Part shown: piece after piece, positions 47,999 through 58,514 of the stretch
Numbering within the stretch: position 1 is the first letter of the stretch
How the letters are laid out: each line of letters opens with the position of its first letter
Virus record (IMG/VR): IMGVR_UViG_3300025012_000026
Location: 62,001-126,000 of that record
Strand: one strand, 5' to 3'
Length of the DNA: 64,000 nucleotides
Notes under the pieces: generated by a model
Told to the model about the DNA's origin: nothing
Seen by the model: the letters and a program-made list of their open reading frames with translations, nothing else
Database searches by the model: none
Translations under genes and position numbers: made by a program

Positions 47999-48625
47999 TT
48001 ACTTCACCTCAATATCATCAAATATTACTGGTATTTTCCCTTTTAATTCTTCTAATAGCATAATAGCAACTTCACGCATTTGTGGGTGTGCAACTTTAGC
48101 AGTTCTTAGTCTAAAGAAATGCCTTAATTCTCTAAGATTCATAGTAACAACAATTTCAGTTTTTAATGAATTGGGTAATACAGAACGTGCTTCTTGTGGA
48201 CTTGCGCCTAATGTCAATAGTTCAAAATATGTAATCTCTGCTTGTAAACACCCTATTCTCCAAGATTGAAATTGTTTAGACTCTTCATTCCAAAACAAAG
48301 GTTTAATTACTGTAATTTCCTTACCGAATTTTTCTTGATTATAGTTGCAATATCTGGTTGATTCCTGAGCATAAGAAGCAATTCTATGTCTTACAATTTC
48401 GTGTGTAACCCCTCTATCACAGATGAACTTAACTGATATATTAAAGTGCTCAATCATAGCTTCATGGCCCCTTTTAATGAGGTCTGCAACGAATTTTTTA
48501 GATGAGTCAGGAGTAATTTTACTCTCACTTTTGTAACAAGTTCGGCCTACTACTTCTATATGTTTAAGAATTTCATCTCCATTGATTTGATCTAATATCT
48601 CTACACTTGCATTAATAATTTTCAT
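47999..48625 (-). CDS. thyX: FAD-dependent thymidylate synthase
   Basis: GRTCYKS, GHEAMIEH, RHRIASYAQESTRY, ARSVLP, NLRE, AHPQMR. Confidence 0.95.
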   Translation of the reverse strand: MKIINASVEILDQINGDEILKHIEVVGRTCYKSESKITPDSSKKFVADLIKRGHEAMIEHFNISVKFICDRGVTHEIVRHRIASYAQESTRYCNYNQEKFGKEITVIKPLFWNEESKQFQSWRIGCLQAEITYFELLTLGASPQEARSVLPNSLKTEIVVTMNLRELRHFFRLRTAKVAHPQMREVAIMLLEELKGKIPVIFDDIEVK

Positions 48626-48656
48626 TTTAATTATTCCTTCTTTCTTTCTTTTATTT

Positions 48657-49160
48657 CTACTCAAATTTTATTTTATCATACTGATATTTCTTATGATATA
48701 TACATGTTTGCTCATAGCAACAGTCAGGACAGTTTCTATGATATAGCATTTCCTGATTATTACAGGATAATTTATTACGCATTGGAATTAGACCCTTTTC
48801 AAGAATTGCTTTCTCAATATCAGAAATCTCTTCTTGATTATCTTCATTTCCATTTTCTTGATTCAGCAACCATTGTTCATATTCCTCAATGGTTTTAAGA
48901 AGTCCAACAGTAATATCTTTTAGTTCATAATCATCATAAAATTTTATTTTGTAGTAATCAATATCTTTCCTAATATTTCTTTTTACAATGGTACATTCTT
49001 GACCTCTATATTTTACAATTAAGCCAACAAAAACTACTTTATCTTCTACATTAAATTTAGGTTCTTTTTTGATGTCGCTTAATTCTGAATATTTATCTTC
49101 CTTTTTTTGTTTAGGTGCTCTAGGGGTTAGATTAATTTTACCTTTTGCCATATTTTTCAC
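48657..49160 (-). CDS. Hypothetical protein
   Basis: ORF; upstream TTGACT promoter. Confidence 0.55.
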   Translation of the reverse strand: MKNMAKGKINLTPRAPKQKKEDKYSELSDIKKEPKFNVEDKVVFVGLIVKYRGQECTIVKRNIRKDIDYYKIKFYDDYELKDITVGLLKTIEEYEQWLLNQENGNEDNQEEISDIEKAILEKGLIPMRNKLSCNNQEMLYHRNCPDCCYEQTCIYHKKYQYDKIKFE

Positions 49161-49257
49161 ATCCTTTCATAACTCTGTACTACAATCCATATAAATTATT
49201 ATACATTAATCACAATACAGAGTCAATATAATTTTATTTATTGCTTTATGTATAAAT

Positions 49258-49470
49258 CTAATACTGCACAAACCCTGTAACCCTATTATCTTTCTCATTC
49301 AGCAACTCATAAGCAACTTTAATAATTTGCCTCAATATAATATCACATTCATTGAAATCCATTCCCTCAAAATCAGCAGTCAAGAATCCTTTCATTCGAT
49401 CATAATGTCTTATTTCTAATTCCTTATTTGAAAGAACTTCCTTATTTGTAATGTTTACATTATTTCTCAT
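49258..49470 (-). CDS. Hypothetical protein
   Basis: AAGGAG RBS. Confidence 0.55.
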   Translation of the reverse strand: MRNNVNITNKEVLSNKELEIRHYDRMKGFLTADFEGMDFNECDIILRQIIKVAYELLNEKDNRVTGFVQY

Positions 49471-49510
49471 AAATCATTCTCCTTTTATTTTATTTAATTT
49501 TATATCTAAT

Positions 49511-49804
49511 CTACTCCCAAGTATCTTCTTCAGGTAAACTAATTGCAACAACTACTTCACCGCTACGATATAATTCTAAGATATGTCTACACATATATTC
49601 TTTGCTAGGTTTTTGCCAATCAAAACAAATTACAATATTGGCATTATTAATTTTTAATTTAAATCCATTCCAATGTTCCTGTTTTTCTATTTCTGCATCA
49701 ACAACAGATAATTTAGTGATAATTCCTAATTCTCCATCTGAATGAACAGATTCTATTTTAATTATCTTATTTAATGTTTTGTTCATAAAATATTCTAAAT
49801 CCAT
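49511..49804 (-). CDS. Hypothetical protein
   Basis: Start at MDLEY after AGGAGG. Confidence 0.55.
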   Translation of the reverse strand: MDLEYFMNKTLNKIIKIESVHSDGELGIITKLSVVDAEIEKQEHWNGFKLKINNANIVICFDWQKPSKEYMCRHILELYRSGEVVVAISLPEEDTWE

Positions 49805-49867
49805 ATGTATTCCTCCTAATATTTTATTTTTGATTATGCCTGACTCGATATATTTAGGCATCACTTC

Positions 49868-50254
49868 CTACCAACTCTTATAATCAGTGAAATCAATTAC
49901 AATGTCACACTTAGGGCATACGCCTTTATATGTAGAACCTATTCCTGAACCATACTCAAACAATAATAAATGCCTTTTATCTTTATCACATTCAGCATAT
50001 ATTCCTAGCGCATTTATCTCGTCAGTTTTGCCAATATAAGTATAACCTTTCCTAATTAATCTCTTCTGTGCTTCTTTGTCATATTGATCAGCTTGGAGTT
50101 GAGTAATTTGATTTTGAATTTCTTTAATGTATGATTTCCGTATGTCTCTTTTAATTTCTAATCCAAGAATTTCTTTTCTGATATTGTCTAACTCTTGATT
50201 AGAAGACTCTAATTGTTCTTGAAGTTTAGCAATTTGAATGTTTGCATCAAGCAT
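49868..50254 (-). CDS. Coiled-coil/zinc-ribbon hypothetical protein
   Basis: GSGIG...CPKC...DFTDYKSW. Confidence 0.6.
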   Translation of the reverse strand: MLDANIQIAKLQEQLESSNQELDNIRKEILGLEIKRDIRKSYIKEIQNQITQLQADQYDKEAQKRLIRKGYTYIGKTDEINALGIYAECDKDKRHLLLFEYGSGIGSTYKGVCPKCDIVIDFTDYKSW

Positions 50255-50687
50255 TTTATCCCCACTCCTTTAATGTTTTATTTTATGATATAACCACTTT
50301 TAATTCTAGTGCTACATGTTGCTCTCGATCCATTACTCTATATTTCTCAATATCAACAACTTTATAGTTTTTATTGCTTCCTTTAATTGTTACTTCCTCA
50401 CCATTTTGATAATTAGGGTTATTGGAGGTGTATGCTGTTACTATTTCATTTTTGGAATTGTATAATAAAATATCTAATTAATCTCCTCCTTAAACAACTT
50501 CAAATTCATTATGATAATAAATTTCTGCTAAATCCCTTCTAGCATCAATTTCAGATAGTTTGTATTCATTCATGAATTCTTCTACTAATTTGTAGTTAAG
50601 TTTATCCATTGCTTGTAGAATGTAGTTTTCTTTGTTTGTGATCATTTTAATTTGTTCCTCCTTTCACCATTAAATAGAGTTTTGATG

Positions 50688-51119
50688 CTAATTTAATCTC
50701 ATTCCCCAACATTTATATTCATGATACGGAATTTCTTTTTCTTTTGATGTTACTTTTATAGACCTATCATCTACAACTTCAACAACTAACTCTTCTTTGT
50801 GATTATGATAAACAGTATCACCTACCTTAAAATCAAAATCCGTTAAATAATAGTTCAAATAATTATATCTCTCACAAAATTTATCTAGTTCATCATATGC
50901 AATTATTTCACAACTTTTATTAAAAGAAGCAAAAGAGAAAGTGATTGTTGTTTGTGAAAGTTCAAATATAAATTTATCTAAATTAACATCATTTTCTTTC
51001 TTAATATCTAAAATTTCTAACTCAAATTTCTTTCTAAAGTTTTCAATGACTGTAAAAATAGAATCTATTGATCTTATAGCATGATAATCATTATTCATTT
51101 CTATGGTTCCATTAAACAT
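50688..51119 (-). CDS. Hypothetical protein
   Basis: ORF with RBS. Confidence 0.55.
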   Translation of the reverse strand: MFNGTIEMNNDYHAIRSIDSIFTVIENFRKKFELEILDIKKENDVNLDKFIFELSQTTITFSFASFNKSCEIIAYDELDKFCERYNYLNYYLTDFDFKVGDTVYHNHKEELVVEVVDDRSIKVTSKEKEIPYHEYKCWGMRLN

Positions 51120-51166
51120 TTATATCTTCCTTTCTTAATAGTGATTAAAATCATTATTTTAAATTA

Positions 51167-51508
51167 TCAATACCACTCGTAATAGTCTTTAAAATTTCTG
51201 TCATAATTCCAGTAATCATCAATACCATATTCAGGTATAAATTTACAATATACAACATGATCAAGTGCTTCTTGACCAATATCCTTATCTATGTAAGCAT
51301 ATTGCCATCTATAACCTCTGGCATTATCACTTGCTCTTATTGCTTTATAATAATCTCCATTATTTAATTCAATGGTAAATATTCCAGTGTTAGGAGATGT
51401 TTTGATAACTTTATTAATATCCTCTTGATTCATACTATCAAGTAATTCTTGTAATTTATTAAATGCCCTTTCCATCGTTGAACCATAAATAATTATATTT
51501 TTAGCCAT
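51167..51508 (-). CDS. Hypothetical protein (ARGYRWQYAYID)
   Basis: AGGAGG RBS. Confidence 0.6.
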   Translation of the reverse strand: MAKNIIIYGSTMERAFNKLQELLDSMNQEDINKVIKTSPNTGIFTIELNNGDYYKAIRASDNARGYRWQYAYIDKDIGQEALDHVVYCKFIPEYGIDDYWNYDRNFKDYYEWY

Positions 51509-51546
51509 ATTTTAACCTCCTATAATAAAATCTCATACGGACTCAC

Positions 51547-52861
51547 TTGAACTTCACACGAATTAATTAGTGTGATTCTTAATTCATTGACCAGACTAAC
51601 GCCCAATCTCCTTAAGCTAACCCTGTAGTTCCTACAGTTTTTATTAATTATGCTATTAACTTCAATCCTTCATTTCTAATATTAATAGCAGCATTTATGT
51701 CTCTATTATGACTACTGCCACATTCTGGGCATTTCCATTCCCTAACACTTAAATCTAAATCAACATATTTCCATCCACAAACATGACAAAGTTTACTACT
51801 AGCAAAATATCTATCCACAACAGAAATTTCTCTACCATACCAAATTGCTTTATAATTCAACATTGTAGTAAAACTATACCATGAAGCATCTGATATACTT
51901 TTCGCTAATTTATGATTCTTCTTCATTCCTTCAATATTAAGATCCTCTAGGCAAATAACTTGATTTTCATTGATAAGTCTAGTTGATAATTTTTGAAGAA
52001 AGTCCTTCCTAGTATTAGTAATTTTCTCATGAAGTCTAGCCACTTTAATTCTTGCCTTGTTTCTATTTTTACTACCCTTTTTCTTCTTAGATAGTTTTCT
52101 TTGAAGTTTTACTAATTTATCTTCATATTTACGATAATATTTTGGATTATCAATAATTTCACATTCAGATGTAATAGCAAAATCTTTAATTCCCAAATCA
52201 ATACCAATATTTATTTCTGATTTAGGTAATTTAATAGGCTCTGGCACTTCGCAAAGAATAGAGATAAAATATTTACCACTAGGAACCTGAGATATTGTTA
52301 CATTTTTAATTATTCCAATTACTTCTCTTGATTTAGCAAATTTAACTAAACCAAGTTTAGGAAGTTTAATTCTATTGCTTTCGATTCTAATATTATTATT
52401 TGTAAAAGTAGTACGATAAGACTTTCTATTATCTTTTTTAGATTTGAATTTTGGAAAACCTTGATTATTATTACCTTTCTTAATTTCTCTAAAGAAATTC
52501 TGATAAGCTAAGTCTAAGTTTTTAAGAGTTTGTTGGAGAGATATACTATCAATTTCTTTAAGTCATTCAAATTCTTTTTTAAGTTGAGGTAGGAGAATAG
52601 CACATTGATTATATGTTAAAGTTTGATGATTTTCTTTATACATCTCGATCCTTTTATCTAGAAAGTAATTATAGATGAATCTATTTGAACCTAAATGTTT
52701 ATTGATTAAAATTGTTTGCTCTTTGTTTGGGTATAGTCTGAATTTGAATGTTTTAAGCAATTGATACTCACCTCCAATATTTATTTATTATATCAAATTT
52801 TTAACTGATTTGTTAACAATTTATCTCATGACTGAAGTCACGGATGTTCTTGTTGTCCACC
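51547..52861 (-). mobile_element. IS200/IS605-family tnpB-only (IS1341-type) element
   Basis: Inserted 3' of TTAT; left-end hairpin CCGTGACTTCAGTCATGAG; right end CACAC/GTGTG hairpin ending TTCAA. Confidence 0.85.
51648..52760 (-). pseudogene. tnpB: tnpB with one in-frame TGA (52563-65)
   Basis: KTFKFRLYPN...KKEFE*LKEID (W expected)...GIDLG, LEDL, NRDINAA in one frame. Confidence 0.9.
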
Positions 52862-53297
52862 ATAAAACATCAACTTTATAATCAGCATAACTCACAGTTC
52901 TCTTCTGAAAATAAACTTTCATATCACTATCATCTTTAGGGGTTAACCAATAATATTTAACATTTTCACTATACTTAGGATTATTGAACCTATATTCTTG
53001 ACCAGATTTAACTTTAAGATTGGATTTTGATTTATCAAATTCAATAAATGCTCCATAATCACCAATTACAATACGATTATAACCATTTGATATGAGTGTA
53101 TTATTTAGACTATGTATTTTGAAATTAGTATCACCATTAATATTTAATTGTGATGGAAGATTGTCTAGATATTTTTGTCTAACTTCTTCTGATAGAGATG
53201 ATTTTAGTTTGCGATATTTATATTTTGCAGATAATTCTTCTTGGAATTGTAGTAAGTTTTCTATGTGGTTATTCCTCCTTTTCAATTTTACTCTCAA
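52862..53297 (-). pseudogene. Conserved phage protein truncated by the IS605 element; remnant VSPYEILL at 51546-51520
   Basis: GYNRIVIGDYGAFIEF...YFQKRTVSYADYK runs into the IS left end. Confidence 0.65.
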
Positions 53298-53519
53298 TCT
53301 TATTAATGATTTCTAAAATTTCTATGCAAGCCTTTTTGTACCCTTTAGACCAAATATAAGTGCTTTCATTATAATGATCTTTGGAAAAATTATTAATGTG
53401 ATTAATTAACCATTGTTTAAGTTCTTTCATTTATGGTTTCTCCTTTCTTTAATTTATCACCTCCTTTCTGTGATTTATATTATGATTGTTCAATGTTGAT
53501 TTTATATTTTATCTTCCAT

Positions 53520-53702
53520 TTAAAATTCCTCATCCAATGCTAGTTTCCAACATTCAGAGCACATTGTATCATTACTTGCAATACATTTATTATGTTGATT
53601 TTCATTTAATCCTACAGCGTTAGGGCATACGCCAAATAGATTACTAATTTTAGAATTTGATTCTAATTGCAGATATTCTATTAATTTATCTTTTCCTGTC
53701 AT
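53520..53702 (-). CDS. Small Cys-rich protein
   Basis: CP...C...CSECW. Confidence 0.55.
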   Translation of the reverse strand: MTGKDKLIEYLQLESNSKISNLFGVCPNAVGLNENQHNKCIASNDTMCSECWKLALDEEF

Positions 53703-53708
53703 TTAGAT

Positions 53709-53978
53709 TCACTCCTTAATAAATTCTAATATATCCATCATGGCATATGTTCTTTGTGCGTCTTTTTCTACATCCCAAACATCGAGTAACCATTGGTTTT
53801 CTTTGTGGTAATCAGTACTGCCATAGTGGATTTGTTGAGGAATAATTGTTCTGATTGATGTAATACCTTGATAATTTTTATATTTTACTTTGATTGGAGG
53901 ATTTGCTGGTTTAGTTTGAATTATGTTTTCTTTTATTGCAACATTCATTACCGAATCATTAACTGCCATTTTTAACAT
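53709..53978 (-). CDS. Stand-alone WYL-like domain protein
   Basis: YKNYQG..S.RTIIP...QWLLDVWDVEKDAQRTY. Confidence 0.7.
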   Translation of the reverse strand: MLKMAVNDSVMNVAIKENIIQTKPANPPIKVKYKNYQGITSIRTIIPQQIHYGSTDYHKENQWLLDVWDVEKDAQRTYAMMDILEFIKE

Positions 53979-54511
53979 CCTTTCACTTTAGCAAGTTCTT
54001 TATAAATATCTCCTATAATAAAATCTACTACGAGATTAGTTTTATTTAATACAGTATGAGGAAATTCACCATCTTTTAAAATATCTAGAATATGACCACT
54101 AATAATTAAAGATTCTTCTTCAGTTTGCATTCTACCAACAGAGTCATATTCTCCAAGATTATTGATAAAATAATTCATATTATGATAAGTATTATGTGTT
54201 TCAACAATTAAACCTTTAAAATTAGAAGACAAATCTTTTCCATAATATAAAGATAGAAGAAGAGGTGAATCTGTAATAATAACATCCACTTTTCCTTTAA
54301 CTGTAAACATTTTATGATTTTGTTTACCGAAAATATAAATCTGATCTTCTAAGACCTTAAAACTTTCTTCCCAAACTTTACTTTTTGCATATTCAGTAAC
54401 AAGTTCACAACGAATACCTTGTCTTTTTAATTCATAGAATATTCCTGCTGAAGTGGTTGATTTGCCAGCAGATGGGCCTCCAAATATATTTACGACAATA
54501 GTTTTATGCAT
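53972..54511 (-). CDS. P-loop kinase/ATPase (NadR/AAA_28-like)
   Basis: GGPSAGKST; ELVTEYAK; ITDSPLL; GRMQ. Confidence 0.8.
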   Translation of the reverse strand: MHKTIVVNIFGGPSAGKSTTSAGIFYELKRQGIRCELVTEYAKSKVWEESFKVLEDQIYIFGKQNHKMFTVKGKVDVIITDSPLLLSLYYGKDLSSNFKGLIVETHNTYHNMNYFINNLGEYDSVGRMQTEEESLIISGHILDILKDGEFPHTVLNKTNLVVDFIIGDIYKELAKVKGC

Positions 54512-54520
54512 TGTTTATAT

Positions 54521-54865
54521 TCACTCCTTAACATATTCTTTAATTTCAATTCCTAATTTCTCTTCTAACCACTTTGATACTAAAAATCTATGACAGAATC
54601 CACTCTTCTCCCAACATAATAATACAGCATTTTCACCTAATTCTTCATAGACATGTTGAGGATCTAATTTATCAAGAATTTCTTTTTGATATTGTTCAGT
54701 ATAGAATTGTTTATCACCATCTTCTTTGTATTTCTTAAAGAACCAGTACGATGGGGCTAACTTTTTATATTCTCTACCTTTATACCAAGTTGGACATTTA
54801 CCTGCAATTGATACAGCATTATCTCCTTTATATTTTGCGTAGTAGGATGTTTGGATAGTGGGCAC
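54521..54865 (-). CDS. DUF488-like protein
   Basis: TSYY...SIA...LAPS...LLCWE...FCHR. Confidence 0.75.
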   Translation of the reverse strand: MPTIQTSYYAKYKGDNAVSIAGKCPTWYKGREYKKLAPSYWFFKKYKEDGDKQFYTEQYQKEILDKLDPQHVYEELGENAVLLCWEKSGFCHRFLVSKWLEEKLGIEIKEYVKE

Positions 54866-54958
54866 ACTCCTTTTATATAAACTTAAAGCTCCATTTATAT
54901 TAGATTTAGTATACTATATAGTAATTGGATAATTGGTTAAACACCAGATGTAGTATTG

Positions 54959-55747
54959 TTAAATCCTTTCACATTTACATACTCCATCTTTATAACTTTC
55001 ACAGGGAATTATTTTTCCATCACACATCACAACTAATTTTTCTATTCCTGCTGTACATTTCCCATGTGATAAAGGAAGACCTAACTTGACAACATCTTTA
55101 TATTTAGTATATAAATGATCCATTTGCTCCTTTAAGATTCTATCATCTAATATTAAATATTGGTTGTTAACGCATCTCCCTTGATTAACTAGTTTTAATA
55201 GATTTATCTTTTTCACACCTAAATTAATCAAATAATCTATTGTTTCTTCTAGTGTATAAATATTAATTGTCATTGGAACTATATGAACTTCGACATTCAT
55301 ATTAGTTTTTAATGAATATCTTAAATTAGATAAGACAGTAGAATATAAATCTTTGTTTGCAATAAAGTTAAATATATTGTTTCTATTGCTGTAAAAGGGA
55401 AAAACAATTGTATTAATATATTTGTCAAATGATAATTTTTTTATATCATTACCCCACCATCCATCTCCAGAGGTATACATTTTTACTTTTACATTTTTAG
55501 TTTGTAGATATTCTAACAGATTATAAATATCTGGATATAATAATGGTTCTCCTCCGCTAAGATTTACCCATTCTGGATCGTATTTGTCAATAGTTTCTTT
55601 TATTATGTTAATATCTAATTTATCTAGCTCGTCATTATAGTTAGAACTTGCATTAGTAGAGCAATGCAGACAATTATTAAAACATTTATTAGTTAGTTCA
55701 AACGTTATCTCTTTTATATTGATCAACTCCTTTTCAAATGTCAACAA
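54959..55747 (-). CDS. Radical SAM protein with twitch-like C-terminus
   Basis: CFNNCLHC; SGGEPL; CTAG...DG..IPC. Confidence 0.9.
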   Translation of the reverse strand: MLTFEKELINIKEITFELTNKCFNNCLHCSTNASSNYNDELDKLDINIIKETIDKYDPEWVNLSGGEPLLYPDIYNLLEYLQTKNVKVKMYTSGDGWWGNDIKKLSFDKYINTIVFPFYSNRNNIFNFIANKDLYSTVLSNLRYSLKTNMNVEVHIVPMTINIYTLEETIDYLINLGVKKINLLKLVNQGRCVNNQYLILDDRILKEQMDHLYTKYKDVVKLGLPLSHGKCTAGIEKLVVMCDGKIIPCESYKDGVCKCERI

Positions 55748-55751
55748 ATGT

Positions 55752-56276
55752 TTATTTCGAAGTATTACTTAAAGTAATCTCTATCTTACAATCACTAATT
55801 AATTGTCTATATTTTACTTCTGCCATATTTAGAATAAATCTAGAAGCAATTGTTTGTTCCATATCCTTATATTTATCACTTAGATATACTACTTCAGATA
55901 TTCCAGATTGAACAATTGTTTTAGAACACTCATTACAAGGAAATAATGTGGAGTAAAGAATACATCCATTTAAATTATTTTTAGCATAAAGTATAGAATT
56001 TTGCTCTGCATGAATGACATATAGATATTTTCCTTCTAATCCTTCTTTTGATTCCCAAGGCATTTCTGAATCATTGCATTTGTTAGGCATTCCATTGTAA
56101 CCAGTTGATATGATCCGATGATTAGTGTCCACTATACATGCTCCTACTTGTGTTCTTGGATCTTTGCTACGCAATGATGATATGTACGCAACGCTCATGA
56201 AATAATCATCCCAATTTATTATTTGCATTTGGTTTTGTAGTCCTTTCTGTGAGGGGGTAGGAGAGATATATTTCAA
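55752..56276 (-). CDS. dCMP deaminase
   Basis: WDDYFM...RSKDP..QVGA; GYNG; HAE; PCNEC. Confidence 0.92.
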   Translation of the reverse strand: MKYISPTPSQKGLQNQMQIINWDDYFMSVAYISSLRSKDPRTQVGACIVDTNHRIISTGYNGMPNKCNDSEMPWESKEGLEGKYLYVIHAEQNSILYAKNNLNGCILYSTLFPCNECSKTIVQSGISEVVYLSDKYKDMEQTIASRFILNMAEVKYRQLISDCKIEITLSNTSK

Positions 56277-56441
56277 TCTCTGCTACTAAAAATATAGACA
56301 AATATACTCAATTATCTATATCTAGATAATTGCTGATTCATAGTGTCTGTTTTTGTATTATTTCTAACACTACTCACATTTGGTGTAACACTCCACAGCC
56401 GTAAATTCCCGACTAGCCATCGGTATTTGATAATATTTGTT

Positions 56442-57621
56442 TTAAGCAACTTTAAATACTTTAGCATTCTTCAAATTTACACTTGCATTTTTATCACGAT
56501 CAAGAATCATTCCACATTCTTTACAAATATATTCTCTATCTGAAAGTTTCAAATCCCTATCTATAGCACCACATTCACTACACATTTTACTTGAAGGAAA
56601 ATATCTATCAACAATTCTTAACTCAATATTATTCCATGAACATTTATATGTTAATTGCCTTCTAAACTCATGAAAACTTTGTTCGGCGACTGCTTTAGAT
56701 AAATGCCTATTCTTCATCATCCCCTTGACGTTCAAGTCTTCGATCACTATATACTCTGGTTTGTTTTTCACCAGAATATTTGTGATTTGATGAGCATAAT
56801 TTAAACGAATATTGGATAATTTTTGATAAATAGTTCTGATTTGAGCTTCTAACTTGATAATGTTTTTAGTTTTAATGAACTTCTTGCCATCTTTGTTCAT
56901 TTCGTATTTTTTAGAGACTTGACGTTGAAGTCTTCTTAATTTTCTTTTAAGTTTCTTTACAGCAATAGTCTTATTGATATTTTTGAATGGTTTATCAATA
57001 TTGCTGATAATTGCCAAATCCTTAACCCCTAAGTCAATTCCAATTCCTTCATTACTAACATTTGAATAATTATTATTGTCTACAATATCACACAGTACAG
57101 AAACATAATACCTTCCTGCTTTCATTGAAACAGTACCACTTACTACTTTTGCATTGGTTGGAATATATCCTTTTTCTTTCAGTTCGACAAATCCTAAAGT
57201 TGGAATTTGTATTTTATGACGTTTAACAGTCCAGTCACCCTTCCCATTCTTAGGAAAATAGATATTAACATCTTGATTTTTCTTCTTCTTGAATCTAGGG
57301 AATTTAGCTTGCCCCCTTAAAGAATCTTTTATATGCCATTTCTGCATTTACGATTGCTTTCTTTCTTGCCTTTGACCCACAATTATCAATCCATTTGAAT
57401 TCATCTAATACTTTTACTTCATTATTAATATATTTATCAAAATCATTGGCACTCATAAACGCTTGTTTCTTGTCAATCTTACCTTCTTTGTATAATTTAT
57501 AAAGTTCTTGATTCTTAGTTAAATAAGAATTATAGAGGAAGCGACATATGCCAATTGATTGATGAATTTTATTAATATGAATTTCGGTTACTCTGAGTTC
57601 AGTTTTAAATCCTTTGAGCAT
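56442..57621 (-). pseudogene. tnpB: tnpB (IS607 type), +1 frameshift in a G5 run (57312-57316)
   Basis: AYKRFFKG|QAKFPRFK split across frames; GIDLG, IEDL, DRDKNAS. Confidence 0.88.
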
Positions 57622-57624
57622 ACT

Positions 57625-57789
57625 ACCTTCCTCCCTTCATTAAATAATTTTAAATGTTCATCTGTATAATAACGTCTGTCAGTAGGTGTTCTAAATTCTT
57701 TTAATTTACCTTTCTATATCACATCTTTGATGCGTTTTGACTGACACACCTAACATTTCTGCAAAATCATGTGGTTTATAATTGCTCAT
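57625..57789 (-). pseudogene. tnpA: IS607 TnpA MerR-like HTH remnant
   Basis: MSNYKPHDFAEMLGVSVKT.QR...(frameshift) GKLKEFRTPTDRRYYT; catalytic domain absent. Confidence 0.8.
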
Positions 57790-57881
57790 GCACTCAACCT
57801 CCCTGAGTATATCTTAACACTTATAAACACATTTGTTAATGTTTTTGGCAATCATTCCTAACTCTCCTTTTTGTATTATAA

Positions 57882-58484
57882 TTACTTAATAAAATGTTCT
57901 ACAGCAATTTTACTCCAAGATTCTAACTCTCCTTCAAAATTAAGTAAATCATTTTTAGAAATCCAATCACCAACTAAAGTGTCTGTTTCTTTTACACTAA
58001 TATCTAGTCCTGCAACTTCAACAACATACACAAGGCCCAAATGGACTGAATCAACCTCTGTATTATTTGAGCAAATCATACCAATTAGATCAATAGATTT
58101 AATACTTGAATTGATATTAATTTCTTCATCTAATTCTCTCATCATACCTGACTTGATGTAATCATCATCAGTGCCATCTACACGCTCTAGATGCCCTCCT
58201 ACGCCTAGAGAATACTTACCTGTGAGTCTTACATCACCTTCTAATCTACGAGTGATGAAATAGTTATCAGCACATTTTACTAAGCAATAAGGGATTATTT
58301 GTCTATGCTCAAAATTCAATTCTGCATCATAACGAGGAATGAATTTCCCCACTGAGTTAAAAATATCACTATATTTATTGTCTTTGTCTAATTCAACGAA
58401 TGTATCAAAATCTTTTGTCAATTCATTGCTTACTACAAATACTTCAACGTCGCCATATTTAGCTTTTAATTGTTCTTTATCCAT
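57882..58484 (-). CDS. NUDIX-family phosphoesterase
   Basis: QIIPY...SLGVGGH...RELDEEI...VHLG...ESWS. Confidence 0.85.
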   Translation of the reverse strand: MDKEQLKAKYGDVEVFVVSNELTKDFDTFVELDKDNKYSDIFNSVGKFIPRYDAELNFEHRQIIPYCLVKCADNYFITRRLEGDVRLTGKYSLGVGGHLERVDGTDDDYIKSGMMRELDEEININSSIKSIDLIGMICSNNTEVDSVHLGLVYVVEVAGLDISVKETDTLVGDWISKNDLLNFEGELESWSKIAVEHFIK

Positions 58485-58514
58485 TATTAATTTCCTCTTT
58501 TCATTTTATTTATT

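Larger units (their letters stand above)
56280..57861 (-). mobile_element. Non-autonomous IS607-family element (tnpA HTH remnant + frameshifted tnpB)
   Basis: Right end ...TTTTTAGTAGCAG; left flank AAAGGAGAG|TTAGG (AG core, left boundary uncertain by a few bp); omegaRNA scaffold at 56280-56441. Confidence 0.75.

Noticed and set aside
39873-52565. Stop-codon reassignment suggested by in-frame TAA (39873) and TGA (52563)
   Set aside because: Isolated cases with different codons; all three stops end genes normally elsewhere and long genes are uninterrupted
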